From assembly GCA_050633245.1 (NCBI GenBank), contig JBOEGD010000018.1, positions 32,001-96,000 of the forward strand: a DNA stretch of 64,000 bases, given 5' to 3'. The notes under the pieces are model-generated. The model was not told where the DNA came from and searched no databases. It worked only from the letters and a program-made list of their open reading frames with translations. Both the position numbers and the translations under genes were made by a program. Below are positions 20,696 to 28,781 of the stretch, piece after piece. The stretch's first letter is position 1. Each line of letters opens with the position of its first letter. This stretch comes from Calditrichia bacterium (GTDB lineage Bacteria > Calditrichota > Calditrichia > RBG-13-44-9 > J075).

Positions 20696-22174
20696 ATGCC
20701 TGTTGATGATGGAAAAAAAACGATTCTGATTTGCTCTGCCAATCCAAAAGATATGAGGCGTGATCGCCTGGAAGACGAGCAGCGGCTAATTGAGAGTACG
20801 CTACGTCGCGACAAACAGCGCAAAAAGTATAAGATTGTTTTTTCCACTGCGACAACCATAAAGACATTGCGACGCGCTCTTATTGATCACGAGCCGTCAA
20901 TTCTTCATTTTTGTGGCACAGCTGACCGCAGTGGGGTATATGTTGAGGATGGCAATGGCAATGCGAAGGCTGTCGATCCGCATCACCTGCTTAACCTTTT
21001 GGATCTATTTAAGGATTCTCTGGAGCTGGTTTTTCTGAGCGGCTGTTACCACCCACAACTGATGGAGAATATCAAAACCCAAATTTCTGATGTTGTCGGG
21101 ATATTACCACATCCGGATTTACACCGAACAGATTTGGACGATTTGGTTGCCCCTTTTTACGAGGCAATGTTAGCAGAACGGCACGGCCCGGTTTGGGCTG
21201 TGGACTTTGCGCGTAGAGCTCAAAATCTGGACGCCGAGAAACAGCACTTGGCTAAATTGTTGGTACACCATTCTGAGGACATTCCTTCCGATATTGAAGT
21301 TCCGGCATTTCCATCGGCTAAGCCAGAACTTCAAGTTCCCCAAAATCCCGGCTGGGTGGAGTCTTTGCTGCCATTCCTGTGCGACTGTAGTAACATGGAG
21401 ATGGCCTTCCGGCGGGCACTCCGTCATTATTTGAGCGAGCCTGTTCGTGGTCCGCTCATTACTTTTTTTCTGGGTGATGAGAATGATTGCCTGCACAAAT
21501 TACTGGAACGGTTTCATTATCACCCATTGCAGAAAACTTCTGTTGCGTTTCAGGATTATCCAGAGTGGGATTTTCTTTCTGTAGGCTCCGAATGGCCGAC
21601 TTCACTAAACAATTTTGATATGGAGCTGAGCAATCGCCTCGCTTATTCGCTGGATCTGAACGCCGATGACGAGGAGGGGTTGAAAATAGAGTGGCCTTCA
21701 CGACCTCTGCCGCAGGTGTTACCCATTCGCTACGATTTGAACAGTTGGAAGGGCAATAGGGGAAGTGGCTTGCAGGCGTTTATTAATTTTTGGAAGTTGC
21801 TTAGCGGAGAAAATTTTGGCCAACCTATGATTATTTTCTTTCAGATAGAGTTTAATCAGCAAAGTGGGCTCTGGAGAAACATTTCCAGCAACGATCTAAA
21901 ACGTGTCCGAAGATTTATCGAAAATCAGATAAAATATGCTCCTCCTGACGTCAATATTTTACTTTTACCACCGACCGAAAAGATACGAAGTAAACATATA
22001 CAAAGCTGGAAAGACCATGAACTCGTAAAGTCATTTTTGGGTGATAAACGATTCCAACTCGATTTATCAACTATCCTCTCTTCTATGAAAAGTTGCAATA
22101 ACATGAAATTAGCGTCGAAAGAGCTCAAAAATGTTCTTGCTAAATTACAAAACGACTATCGCGACTCGGCTTAG
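20696..22174 (+). CDS. CHAT-like domain fused to inactive STAND (iSTAND) domain; first gene of MoxR-vWA ternary system (alternative start 20618)
   Basis: KTILICSANPK...LEDEQR...LRRALIDHEPSILHFCG...LVFLSGC CHAT-like; LLPFLCD...AFRRAL...GDENDCLHKLLERF resembles iSTAND; directly upstream of MoxR. Confidence 0.7.
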   Translation: MPVDDGKKTILICSANPKDMRRDRLEDEQRLIESTLRRDKQRKKYKIVFSTATTIKTLRRALIDHEPSILHFCGTADRSGVYVEDGNGNAKAVDPHHLLNLLDLFKDSLELVFLSGCYHPQLMENIKTQISDVVGILPHPDLHRTDLDDLVAPFYEAMLAERHGPVWAVDFARRAQNLDAEKQHLAKLLVHHSEDIPSDIEVPAFPSAKPELQVPQNPGWVESLLPFLCDCSNMEMAFRRALRHYLSEPVRGPLITFFLGDENDCLHKLLERFHYHPLQKTSVAFQDYPEWDFLSVGSEWPTSLNNFDMELSNRLAYSLDLNADDEEGLKIEWPSRPLPQVLPIRYDLNSWKGNRGSGLQAFINFWKLLSGENFGQPMIIFFQIEFNQQSGLWRNISSNDLKRVRRFIENQIKYAPPDVNILLLPPTEKIRSKHIQSWKDHELVKSFLGDKRFQLDLSTILSSMKSCNNMKLASKELKNVLAKLQNDYRDSA

Positions 22175-22201
22175 TCGCATTATTAAACTCAGGATAATAG
22201 C

Positions 22202-23203
22202 ATGACATTTCAACTCTACAAAACTGAACTGAAGGCGCCTCAGAAAAATATGACGTCTCTGCTTCCGGCATCTGCTGGGCAGGTGCTTACTAATCCGGAA
22301 AATTATCGAGCCTCTCCAGATTTGGCTGCCGCTGTGAACGTAGCACTGCGTCTAAGGCAGCCGCTGTTGGTTACCGGCGAGCCGGGAACCGGCAAAACCC
22401 AATTGGCACACAGCGTTACCTGGCAGTTGGGGCTTGGACAGGTGCTTGAATTTGAAACCCAATCCAACAGTATTGCGCGCGATCTGTTCTACAGTTACGA
22501 TCACATGAGCCGTTTTCATGCCGCGCAAACCAAAACAGGCAGCGATGACAATTTGGATTATCTGGAATATCAGGCGCTTGGCAAGGCTATTCTTCTGGCA
22601 AATAAAAATTCGACAGTAAAAGATTTTCTGAGGCCAGCAATGGACTTTCAGCATCCCGGCGAGCCAAGACTCTCGGTGGTGCTGGTGGACGAAATCGACA
22701 AAGCGCCGCGCGATTTTCCCAATGATATTCTCAATCAGATTCGCCGCATGTATTTCCGTCTGGGGCCAATGAATAATGTTAAGGTGGAAGCCGATCCACA
22801 GTGGCGACCGATACTTATTTTTACCAGTAACTCGGAGAAACACCTGCCCGATGCCTTCCTGCGTCGCTGTGTATACTATCATATCCCTTTTCCAGAGGAC
22901 AATGAGCTGAAAGACATCGTTGCCAGTCGCCTTGGCAAGACAGCTGAAGCGTTAAAGGCAGAACCGGTAATCTATGATGCACTTGAATTCTTTCAGAAAG
23001 TACGTAACATGGCGCCTCAGCTGCAAAAAAAACCGGCTACCGCTGAACTGCTGGACTGGCTAATGCTGCTGCAGGATATGCAGCAGGAAAAAGGGACATT
23101 GAGCTCTGATGATTGGCAAATCAGTTTGCCTTGTTTGCTGAAGACCAGTACGGATCGCGAATCTGTAATGAAACGAATGCCGCAATGGCTTACAAGCGAA
23201 TAG
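22202..23203 (+). CDS. MoxR-family AAA+ ATPase
   Basis: AVNVAL.LRQPLLVTGEPGTGKTQLA, VVLVDEIDKAPRDFPND, TSNSEKHLPDAFLRRC, KKPATAELLDW. Confidence 0.92.
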   Translation: MTFQLYKTELKAPQKNMTSLLPASAGQVLTNPENYRASPDLAAAVNVALRLRQPLLVTGEPGTGKTQLAHSVTWQLGLGQVLEFETQSNSIARDLFYSYDHMSRFHAAQTKTGSDDNLDYLEYQALGKAILLANKNSTVKDFLRPAMDFQHPGEPRLSVVLVDEIDKAPRDFPNDILNQIRRMYFRLGPMNNVKVEADPQWRPILIFTSNSEKHLPDAFLRRCVYYHIPFPEDNELKDIVASRLGKTAEALKAEPVIYDALEFFQKVRNMAPQLQKKPATAELLDWLMLLQDMQQEKGTLSSDDWQISLPCLLKTSTDRESVMKRMPQWLTSE

Positions 23204-26200
23204 GCGCCGGCAAACATCTCTTTTACCAGCTTCAGCTCGATAAATTTTTTGAGGAGTTGAGACGCAATGGTTATCGTGTCGGAGTGGATACCCACCTGCG
23301 GGTTCAGCAGCTTTTGCTGTCTCTGGCTTCGAATAATGAAATGCCCGATAATCCAATGCTGCTGCAGCCAATGCTTGCAGCACTGGTATGTGGCAGCGAA
23401 ACTGAGCAGCAGCAGTTCCCGAATCAGTTTCAGAGTTGGTTGGTGCAACAGAATCTGGCGGGAAAAGGACAACCGGCCGCAGACGTGCCGGTTGCAGAGG
23501 AAAATGAGCGCTTCCAGGAACTGATCGAATTGGCTCAAACAGAAGAAAAGGGGCTCTTTTTCGCCATTGTTTTGGCTGCGTTCTTTGTCTTACTTGCATT
23601 GTTGAGATTTAATCATTCTTCGCAACCGCATGAGTTCGAATTAAGCGGTTTGTTACAAACAGAAGATGGTGCCCCGTTCGCACATTCTCCTATTAGTTTT
23701 GCCGGGCAAAAGGATAGCACCGACTCATCCGGTAAATTTCGATTCACTTTTATCGAAGCAGCAAGCAGCGGCTATCTAACAGTCGATTCTACCGGCTATA
23801 GTAATACATCTTTTGCAATTCCGCGCAGCAAATCTATTGAAGATACTTCGCTGGTCGCCCGGCAGGATATTCCAATCGTTCAAGTTGATTCTACCGCTAT
23901 TGTACTTTCAGATACCGTGCCAGACAGTCTGCAGCCAACTTATACGACCTATAAGATGCCCATCGGATGGGAGTGGTATTGGCCGATGCTCCTGCTGTAT
24001 TTGCTGCCGGCAACACTCGCGCTATTGTACGCCGGATATTATTACTGGCGCCGCCGCTTTGTACTGCAGCGCAGGCCACCACGTGGAGAGCCTACGTTTG
24101 AAGAATGGCTGCTGGAGCTTTCTGATGCCAATCCGCTGTTCATGAGCTCCGGTATGCGGCGCAGTAGTCAGGAGCTGCGCCGCCACTTGCTGCGCGATTC
24201 CGGCCGGGTGGATGTCGAATCTACCATAACAGCAACACTGGAAGCAGGAGGCGTACTAACACCGGTGTCTGGCCGGGAAAAAGTGACGCCGGAATATCTG
24301 CTGCTAAGGCAGCGTCATGGACGCAACGATCAATCCGATGAGTGGATAAAAGCCCTGATCTTCCGCCTGAAGGAACAGGGGATTCTGCTGAATAATTACG
24401 AGTTCTCCGGCAGTGCCGGACTGTGCAGAGACGTTGATGATCCGCGCAGCAGCCGTAGCATTGAAGCTCTTTATTCCCGCTTTGCCCACTGTCGCCTGCT
24501 AATATTTGCCGATGCCGATTCTATGTTTAATCCACTTAGCGGGGTTGCGCTGCCCTGGCTGAAGCAGCTTGATGACTGGCAGCACAAGGCGATATTCGTC
24601 CCGCCGGAACAGCTGAAGTTGAATCGCTGGCTGCCGGAAGCATTAGAGGAGCAGGATTGTTTATTGTTCGAGGCAAATGCCGACGGTTTGGAAGCGCTGG
24701 TCGAACGCCTTATAAAGAACGATATGAACGAAAACGGCGCGCAAATTTTGCCGCATTCGGAATGGGAGGAGTGGATCGATCCGCCCGGTTGGTTAACCGG
24801 CCGGACACCGCCGAATCAGAAGCAGATTAGCCATCTGCTTGGCAAGCTGAAGCGCTGGTTCAACAATGATGAAGCCGGCTACCACTGGCTGGCCGCCTGC
24901 GCTGTATTCCCGCTGTTGCGCTGGGAACTAACGCTTTTTCTTGGTGAACAGTTACGAGGAAGTAAAGAAATGCCGCTGCTGAATGAAGAGCGCCTCGAAA
25001 AACTGGTGCAGCTACCGTGGTTCCGACGCGGTTTTCTGCCGGACTGGCTGCGTGAAGCGCTTCTGATTTCACTAAGCAAAGATCAGGATGCCTATATCCG
25101 CAATATTCTGAGTGATGTGATGAGGCAAAGGGATACTGGCTTATCCTCGGGGTTCCCGCTCAACGTTGCGGATGACCGCTCGCGTAATCTGCGTGAAGTC
25201 GCTGCGCGTCAGTGGCGCCGACTTATTGATACCGCCCTTCCGGGACTGCCGGACGATGCCATTTTTAAAGATTTCATACAAGCGCCACCAAGCCGCAGCC
25301 TGCTCTTTTTTTTGCCGGAAGAATGGCAGCGTCGTCTCGCGCCGCTACTGCGTAATTACCTGGCTGGTATGGCACTTACTTTATTTGTTTTGCTTGCAAC
25401 CAGTGCATTTTTCCTGGCTCCGCCAGTCCAGGATAAAATCATAAATAGCCCGGTAGAGATGCTGCTGGTCCCCGGTGGTGAGTTTGATATGGGCAGCAAT
25501 GATGAAGATGCAGATACTGATGAACAGCCGGTACACCGGGTGCAGGTTGGCGATTTTTACATGGGACGCTATGAAGTAACGATTGGTCAATTTTTACGCT
25601 TTATTGATGAGCAGGATACAACGAAACGCTCGGAGCGTGTAAGCTGGCGCCCACCTGACTACTCAGTGTCTGTGCATCATCCGGTGGTAAACGTAAGCTG
25701 GGAGGATGCTGTGCGTTTCTGCAACTGGATGAGCGACAAGACGGGGCGAACCAGAGTGTACAGTGAAACCGACAGCGGCTGGACGAGCAATGTTAACGCT
25801 GATGGTTTCCGCCTGCCCACTGAGGCCGAGTGGGAATATGCAGCGCGTGGTGGGAAGCAATATAAATATCCGTGGGGTGAAGAGGGGATTCTCTCAAACA
25901 TTGCAGATTCGATGGCATTACAAACAATTTATGAAGGTTTAATTACTATTGAATCCAATTACGGTGATAACTTCGCCTATGCTTCTCCAGTGGGTAGCTT
26001 TCGACCAAATCCTTTCGGGCTGGAAGACTTGGGTGGAAATGTCTGGGAATGGTGCTCCGATTGGTATGATGCTGAGTATTATCAGCAGTATTCCGATAGC
26101 GCGGTAGCAAGAAATCCTATTGGCCCACAGACAGGTTCGGGCCGCGTTCTGCGCGGCGGTAGCTGGTTCAACCCCGCGCAGAATTGCCGTTCAGCGTGTC

Positions 26201-26595
26201 GCCACTGGTACGATCCCGACGACCGCAACAGCGACGTCGGCTTTCGTTTGGTTTTGCCAAGTTTTTCTTTACAGAAGTTAGCGCCAAATGCCTCAGAAAT
26301 ATTTTTCGGTGCCAATCCAATTTCTGACTCTATACTAATTGTAAATGAGGCACCTATCAGTGTTGTCTTAAATGTCAGTACTGATAGGAAAGACTGGTCT
26401 ACCCATGTTCTTAATGTTAATACTTCAATGGCACTGAAGGTTGATGGACAAAGCGACATTTATTTCAGAATGTATACAGCGCCTGATTTGAGTCGGAGTA
26501 AGATACTTGTCGAAGCAACCCTTGAAAAAAATGAGCAATATCGAATATTTTATAATCAACTGAGAAATCAATACGATGTGAGCCTTATAGATTAA
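23185..26595 (+). CDS. Membrane-spanning vWA-like protein with FGE-sulfatase (SUMF1/CLec-fold) domain and extra C-terminal domain
   Basis: Overlaps the MoxR stop; FFEELRRNGYRVG N-terminus; DVESTITAT...PEYLLL...RLLIFADA vWA-like; WLAACAVFP.LRWELTL; 3 TM segments; FGE motifs PGGEF.MGS, RLPTEAEWEYAARGG, DLGGNVWEWC, RGGSW, GFRL. Confidence 0.82.
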   Translation: MAYKRIGAGKHLFYQLQLDKFFEELRRNGYRVGVDTHLRVQQLLLSLASNNEMPDNPMLLQPMLAALVCGSETEQQQFPNQFQSWLVQQNLAGKGQPAADVPVAEENERFQELIELAQTEEKGLFFAIVLAAFFVLLALLRFNHSSQPHEFELSGLLQTEDGAPFAHSPISFAGQKDSTDSSGKFRFTFIEAASSGYLTVDSTGYSNTSFAIPRSKSIEDTSLVARQDIPIVQVDSTAIVLSDTVPDSLQPTYTTYKMPIGWEWYWPMLLLYLLPATLALLYAGYYYWRRRFVLQRRPPRGEPTFEEWLLELSDANPLFMSSGMRRSSQELRRHLLRDSGRVDVESTITATLEAGGVLTPVSGREKVTPEYLLLRQRHGRNDQSDEWIKALIFRLKEQGILLNNYEFSGSAGLCRDVDDPRSSRSIEALYSRFAHCRLLIFADADSMFNPLSGVALPWLKQLDDWQHKAIFVPPEQLKLNRWLPEALEEQDCLLFEANADGLEALVERLIKNDMNENGAQILPHSEWEEWIDPPGWLTGRTPPNQKQISHLLGKLKRWFNNDEAGYHWLAACAVFPLLRWELTLFLGEQLRGSKEMPLLNEERLEKLVQLPWFRRGFLPDWLREALLISLSKDQDAYIRNILSDVMRQRDTGLSSGFPLNVADDRSRNLREVAARQWRRLIDTALPGLPDDAIFKDFIQAPPSRSLLFFLPEEWQRRLAPLLRNYLAGMALTLFVLLATSAFFLAPPVQDKIINSPVEMLLVPGGEFDMGSNDEDADTDEQPVHRVQVGDFYMGRYEVTIGQFLRFIDEQDTTKRSERVSWRPPDYSVSVHHPVVNVSWEDAVRFCNWMSDKTGRTRVYSETDSGWTSNVNADGFRLPTEAEWEYAARGGKQYKYPWGEEGILSNIADSMALQTIYEGLITIESNYGDNFAYASPVGSFRPNPFGLEDLGGNVWEWCSDWYDAEYYQQYSDSAVARNPIGPQTGSGRVLRGGSWFNPAQNCRSACRHWYDPDDRNSDVGFRLVLPSFSLQKLAPNASEIFFGANPISDSILIVNEAPISVVLNVSTDRKDWSTHVLNVNTSMALKVDGQSDIYFRMYTAPDLSRSKILVEATLEKNEQYRIFYNQLRNQYDVSLID
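26152..26255 (+). repeat. Putative DGR variable-region-like segment, copy 1
   Basis: 86/104 nt identical to 28381-28484 by manual alignment; 14 of 18 mismatches are at codon positions 1-2. Confidence 0.7.
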
Positions 26596-26630
26596 AACAA
26601 TAATTATCGCTAAAGGATAATCAAGTACTG

Positions 26631-27135
26631 TTAGAATAGTATTTTCTCAAAAATAACCGGCTCCAACGCATCAAGACCGTTTTCCAGGGCGAGTGAAGCA
26701 CAGGCAATATCGAAGGATTTTTTATAATCTTTTCCGGCAAAAATAGCATCATAGAACGCTATGGCAAATTTAATGGCCAGTGGATCGTGAATCGGTTGTT
26801 TCATGCCGATGGCTGCCGGGATCCCGGCTTTGGCAGTGTCTTCTGCTACTGCAGCCGTTTTGCAGGCATTGAAGAGTACGCATTCAAGGGAATCGAACAT
26901 GACTAAAAAATCGGCCAGCGCCTGTCGCGGCACAAGCTTACTTAGGCCGTTGTCGTCCAAAAGCATTATACCGTCTTCAATAGCATGGCCGCAGAAGTGT
27001 ACAACAGACGGAGATTCATCCAGCAGGGCACGGTTCATATCACGAAGCCAGCTCGCGGATCTCCTCATCCAATCGCAGGGGATTTGTGTTGTCGGTCGGG
27101 TTCGCAGAAAGAATGAGAATGATTTTTTCAGACAT
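26631..27135 (-). pseudogene. Stand-alone CHAT-domain gene with internal deletion/frameshift
   Basis: ATG 27135 gives MSEKIILILSANPTDNTNPLRLDEEIRELAS*. Another frame continues LRDMNRALLDESPSVVHFCGH...LFNAC...AIGM...FYDAIFAG. About 20 aa present in paralogues 20696 and 33085 are missing at the junction (~27045-27052). Confidence 0.75.
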
Positions 27136-27153
27136 AACAAAAAGTAAGATATT

Positions 27154-28494
27154 ATGAAGCCTCAGACAATTGCAAAAGCGACATTATTTATCAGTCTGAT
27201 CCTGGGACTGTTTTGCTGCTCACAGCCGCTGGAAGAAGAGGACGCACGCCTAATGCTCTCAGAAAAGGGGTTATTTGCCAAATCCTATTCCTGGAGTGGG
27301 GTGGCGATTAACGATACGTCAGCTGGTTTTGCCAATCAGTTTAGCCTTAGCTTCGACAGCAGCTTGGTATACGATGCTGCCAGCGGCCTGACCTGGCAGC
27401 AGGCTGGCTCTGAGATAGAGATGACCTTTGCTGAGACAGAAGCCTATATTGACAGCCTGAACCGCGTGAAGTCTTCTGGCTTTGATGGCTGGCGCCTGCC
27501 GACTCTCGAAGAAGCGATGATCTTAATGGAACCGCAGAAAAAAAACTGGGTGCATATCGATCCCATGTTTAACTCACACCAGCGCTGGATCTGGACGGCG
27601 AATGAGTTTGATCGCCAGCATGTTTGGCGAGTGTGCTTCGGCAATGGCAACTGTGAGCCATTTGACGCTGAGCGCTATCAGTTTGTGCGAGCGGTGCGAA
27701 GTGGTGTAGGGAAAAAGAAAAACCTGACCGAAAGCATCTTCAATGGCATGTTTGCTTTAAATCAGTTTGCAAAAATTCCTGCTGGCCGTTTTCTAATGGG
27801 ATCAATCGATGACAGCGCAGATACGGATGAACAGCCGGTACACCTACGTATTAGTAAAGAGTTTTATATGGGTAAATATGAGGTAACGCAGGCGCAGTGG
27901 CGGGAAGTAATGGGAACAACGGTGAGCGAGCAGCGCGACAAAGCAGATAAAATCTGGCCACTGCGAGGCGAAGGGAGTAATTACCCGATGTACTATATCT
28001 CATGGAATGAAGTTCAGGACTTTATTGGCAAGCTGAATAAGGCTGCCGGGCGTAATTTATATCGTTTACCGACGGAAGTAGAATGGGAATACGCTTGCCG
28101 GGCCGGCAGCATCTCGCCATTCAATACCGGCGCGAACTTAACAACCGATCAAGCGAACTATACTGGCAACTTTCCCTATCGCGACTTTGCGAAAGGCGAG
28201 GATCGTGAAAAAACGATACCGGTAGGTAGCTTTTCGCCAAATGCCTGGGGACTGTACGATATGCATGGTAATGTTTGGGAATGGTGTTCAGACTGGTATG
28301 GCGCAGGTTATTATCAGCAGTTTGCAGACAAACAAGCAGTAGATCCGCAGGGGCCGAGTAATGGTTCGAGCCGCATTGTACGCGGCGGCAGCTGGCGCAA
28401 TAGCGCGCAGGATTGCCGTTCAGCGAATCGCAATAGGGGCAATCCCGACGACCGCAACAACGGTGTCGGCTTTCGTTTGGTTTTCGTCCCGTAG
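27154..28494 (+). CDS. Lipoprotein with DUF1566-like domain + C-terminal FGE-sulfatase (CLec-fold) domain
   Basis: Lipobox-like GLFCC; YDAASGLTWQQ..GFDGWRLPTLEE..WIWT (DUF1566-like); RLPTEVEWEYACRAG, PNAWGLYDMHGNVWEWC, RGGSW, GFRLVFVP*. Confidence 0.85.
   Translation: MKPQTIAKATLFISLILGLFCCSQPLEEEDARLMLSEKGLFAKSYSWSGVAINDTSAGFANQFSLSFDSSLVYDAASGLTWQQAGSEIEMTFAETEAYIDSLNRVKSSGFDGWRLPTLEEAMILMEPQKKNWVHIDPMFNSHQRWIWTANEFDRQHVWRVCFGNGNCEPFDAERYQFVRAVRSGVGKKKNLTESIFNGMFALNQFAKIPAGRFLMGSIDDSADTDEQPVHLRISKEFYMGKYEVTQAQWREVMGTTVSEQRDKADKIWPLRGEGSNYPMYYISWNEVQDFIGKLNKAAGRNLYRLPTEVEWEYACRAGSISPFNTGANLTTDQANYTGNFPYRDFAKGEDREKTIPVGSFSPNAWGLYDMHGNVWEWCSDWYGAGYYQQFADKQAVDPQGPSNGSSRIVRGGSWRNSAQDCRSANRNRGNPDDRNNGVGFRLVFVP
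28381..28484 (+). repeat. Putative DGR variable-region-like segment, copy 2 (at gene 3' end)
   Basis: Pairs with 26152-26255; retains many AAY codons (RNSAQDCRSANRNRGNPDDRNNGVGFRL). Confidence 0.7.
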
Positions 28495-28585
28495 GCTTAG
28501 CACGTGTTATTCGGCTTTGCCTGCTTGGTAGATGGGTTTTTCCTGAGCTTCGTGAGTGCTTCGGTGGGGCATGAGAAGCCGTGTG

Positions 28586-28613
28586 GTAGAGGCGAATAGC
28601 GATTCGCCTGAAC
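28586..28613 (+). repeat. GTAG-type REP-like palindrome
   Basis: GTAG-AGGCGAAT-AGCG-ATTCGCCT-GAAC; single copy in the window. Confidence 0.4.
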
Positions 28614-28781
28614 GCGGCAATCGAATGGCAGAAGGAAGCAGGAGCGCGGTTTGGAGAGAAACGGATGTGTTTGAACTGTGAGAACTGTAAACGAATAGGT
28701 TAATATAAATTATAAAGAGCATTTCTCCGATCATGTTGATTTATATGTAATAAATCGCTACAATTTTAATACTCCCCTCCA

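Noticed and set aside
22352-23599. Long antisense ORFs (173-179 aa) over MoxR/vWA, and the many other short overlapping ORFs in the track
   Set aside because: Shadows of well-supported genes on the other strand or frame, with no motifs or SD.
28586-28613. Hairpin as the DGR cis-acting stem-loop
   Set aside because: It lies about 100 nt past the VR and has a GTAG REP-like form; it cannot be assigned without the TR.
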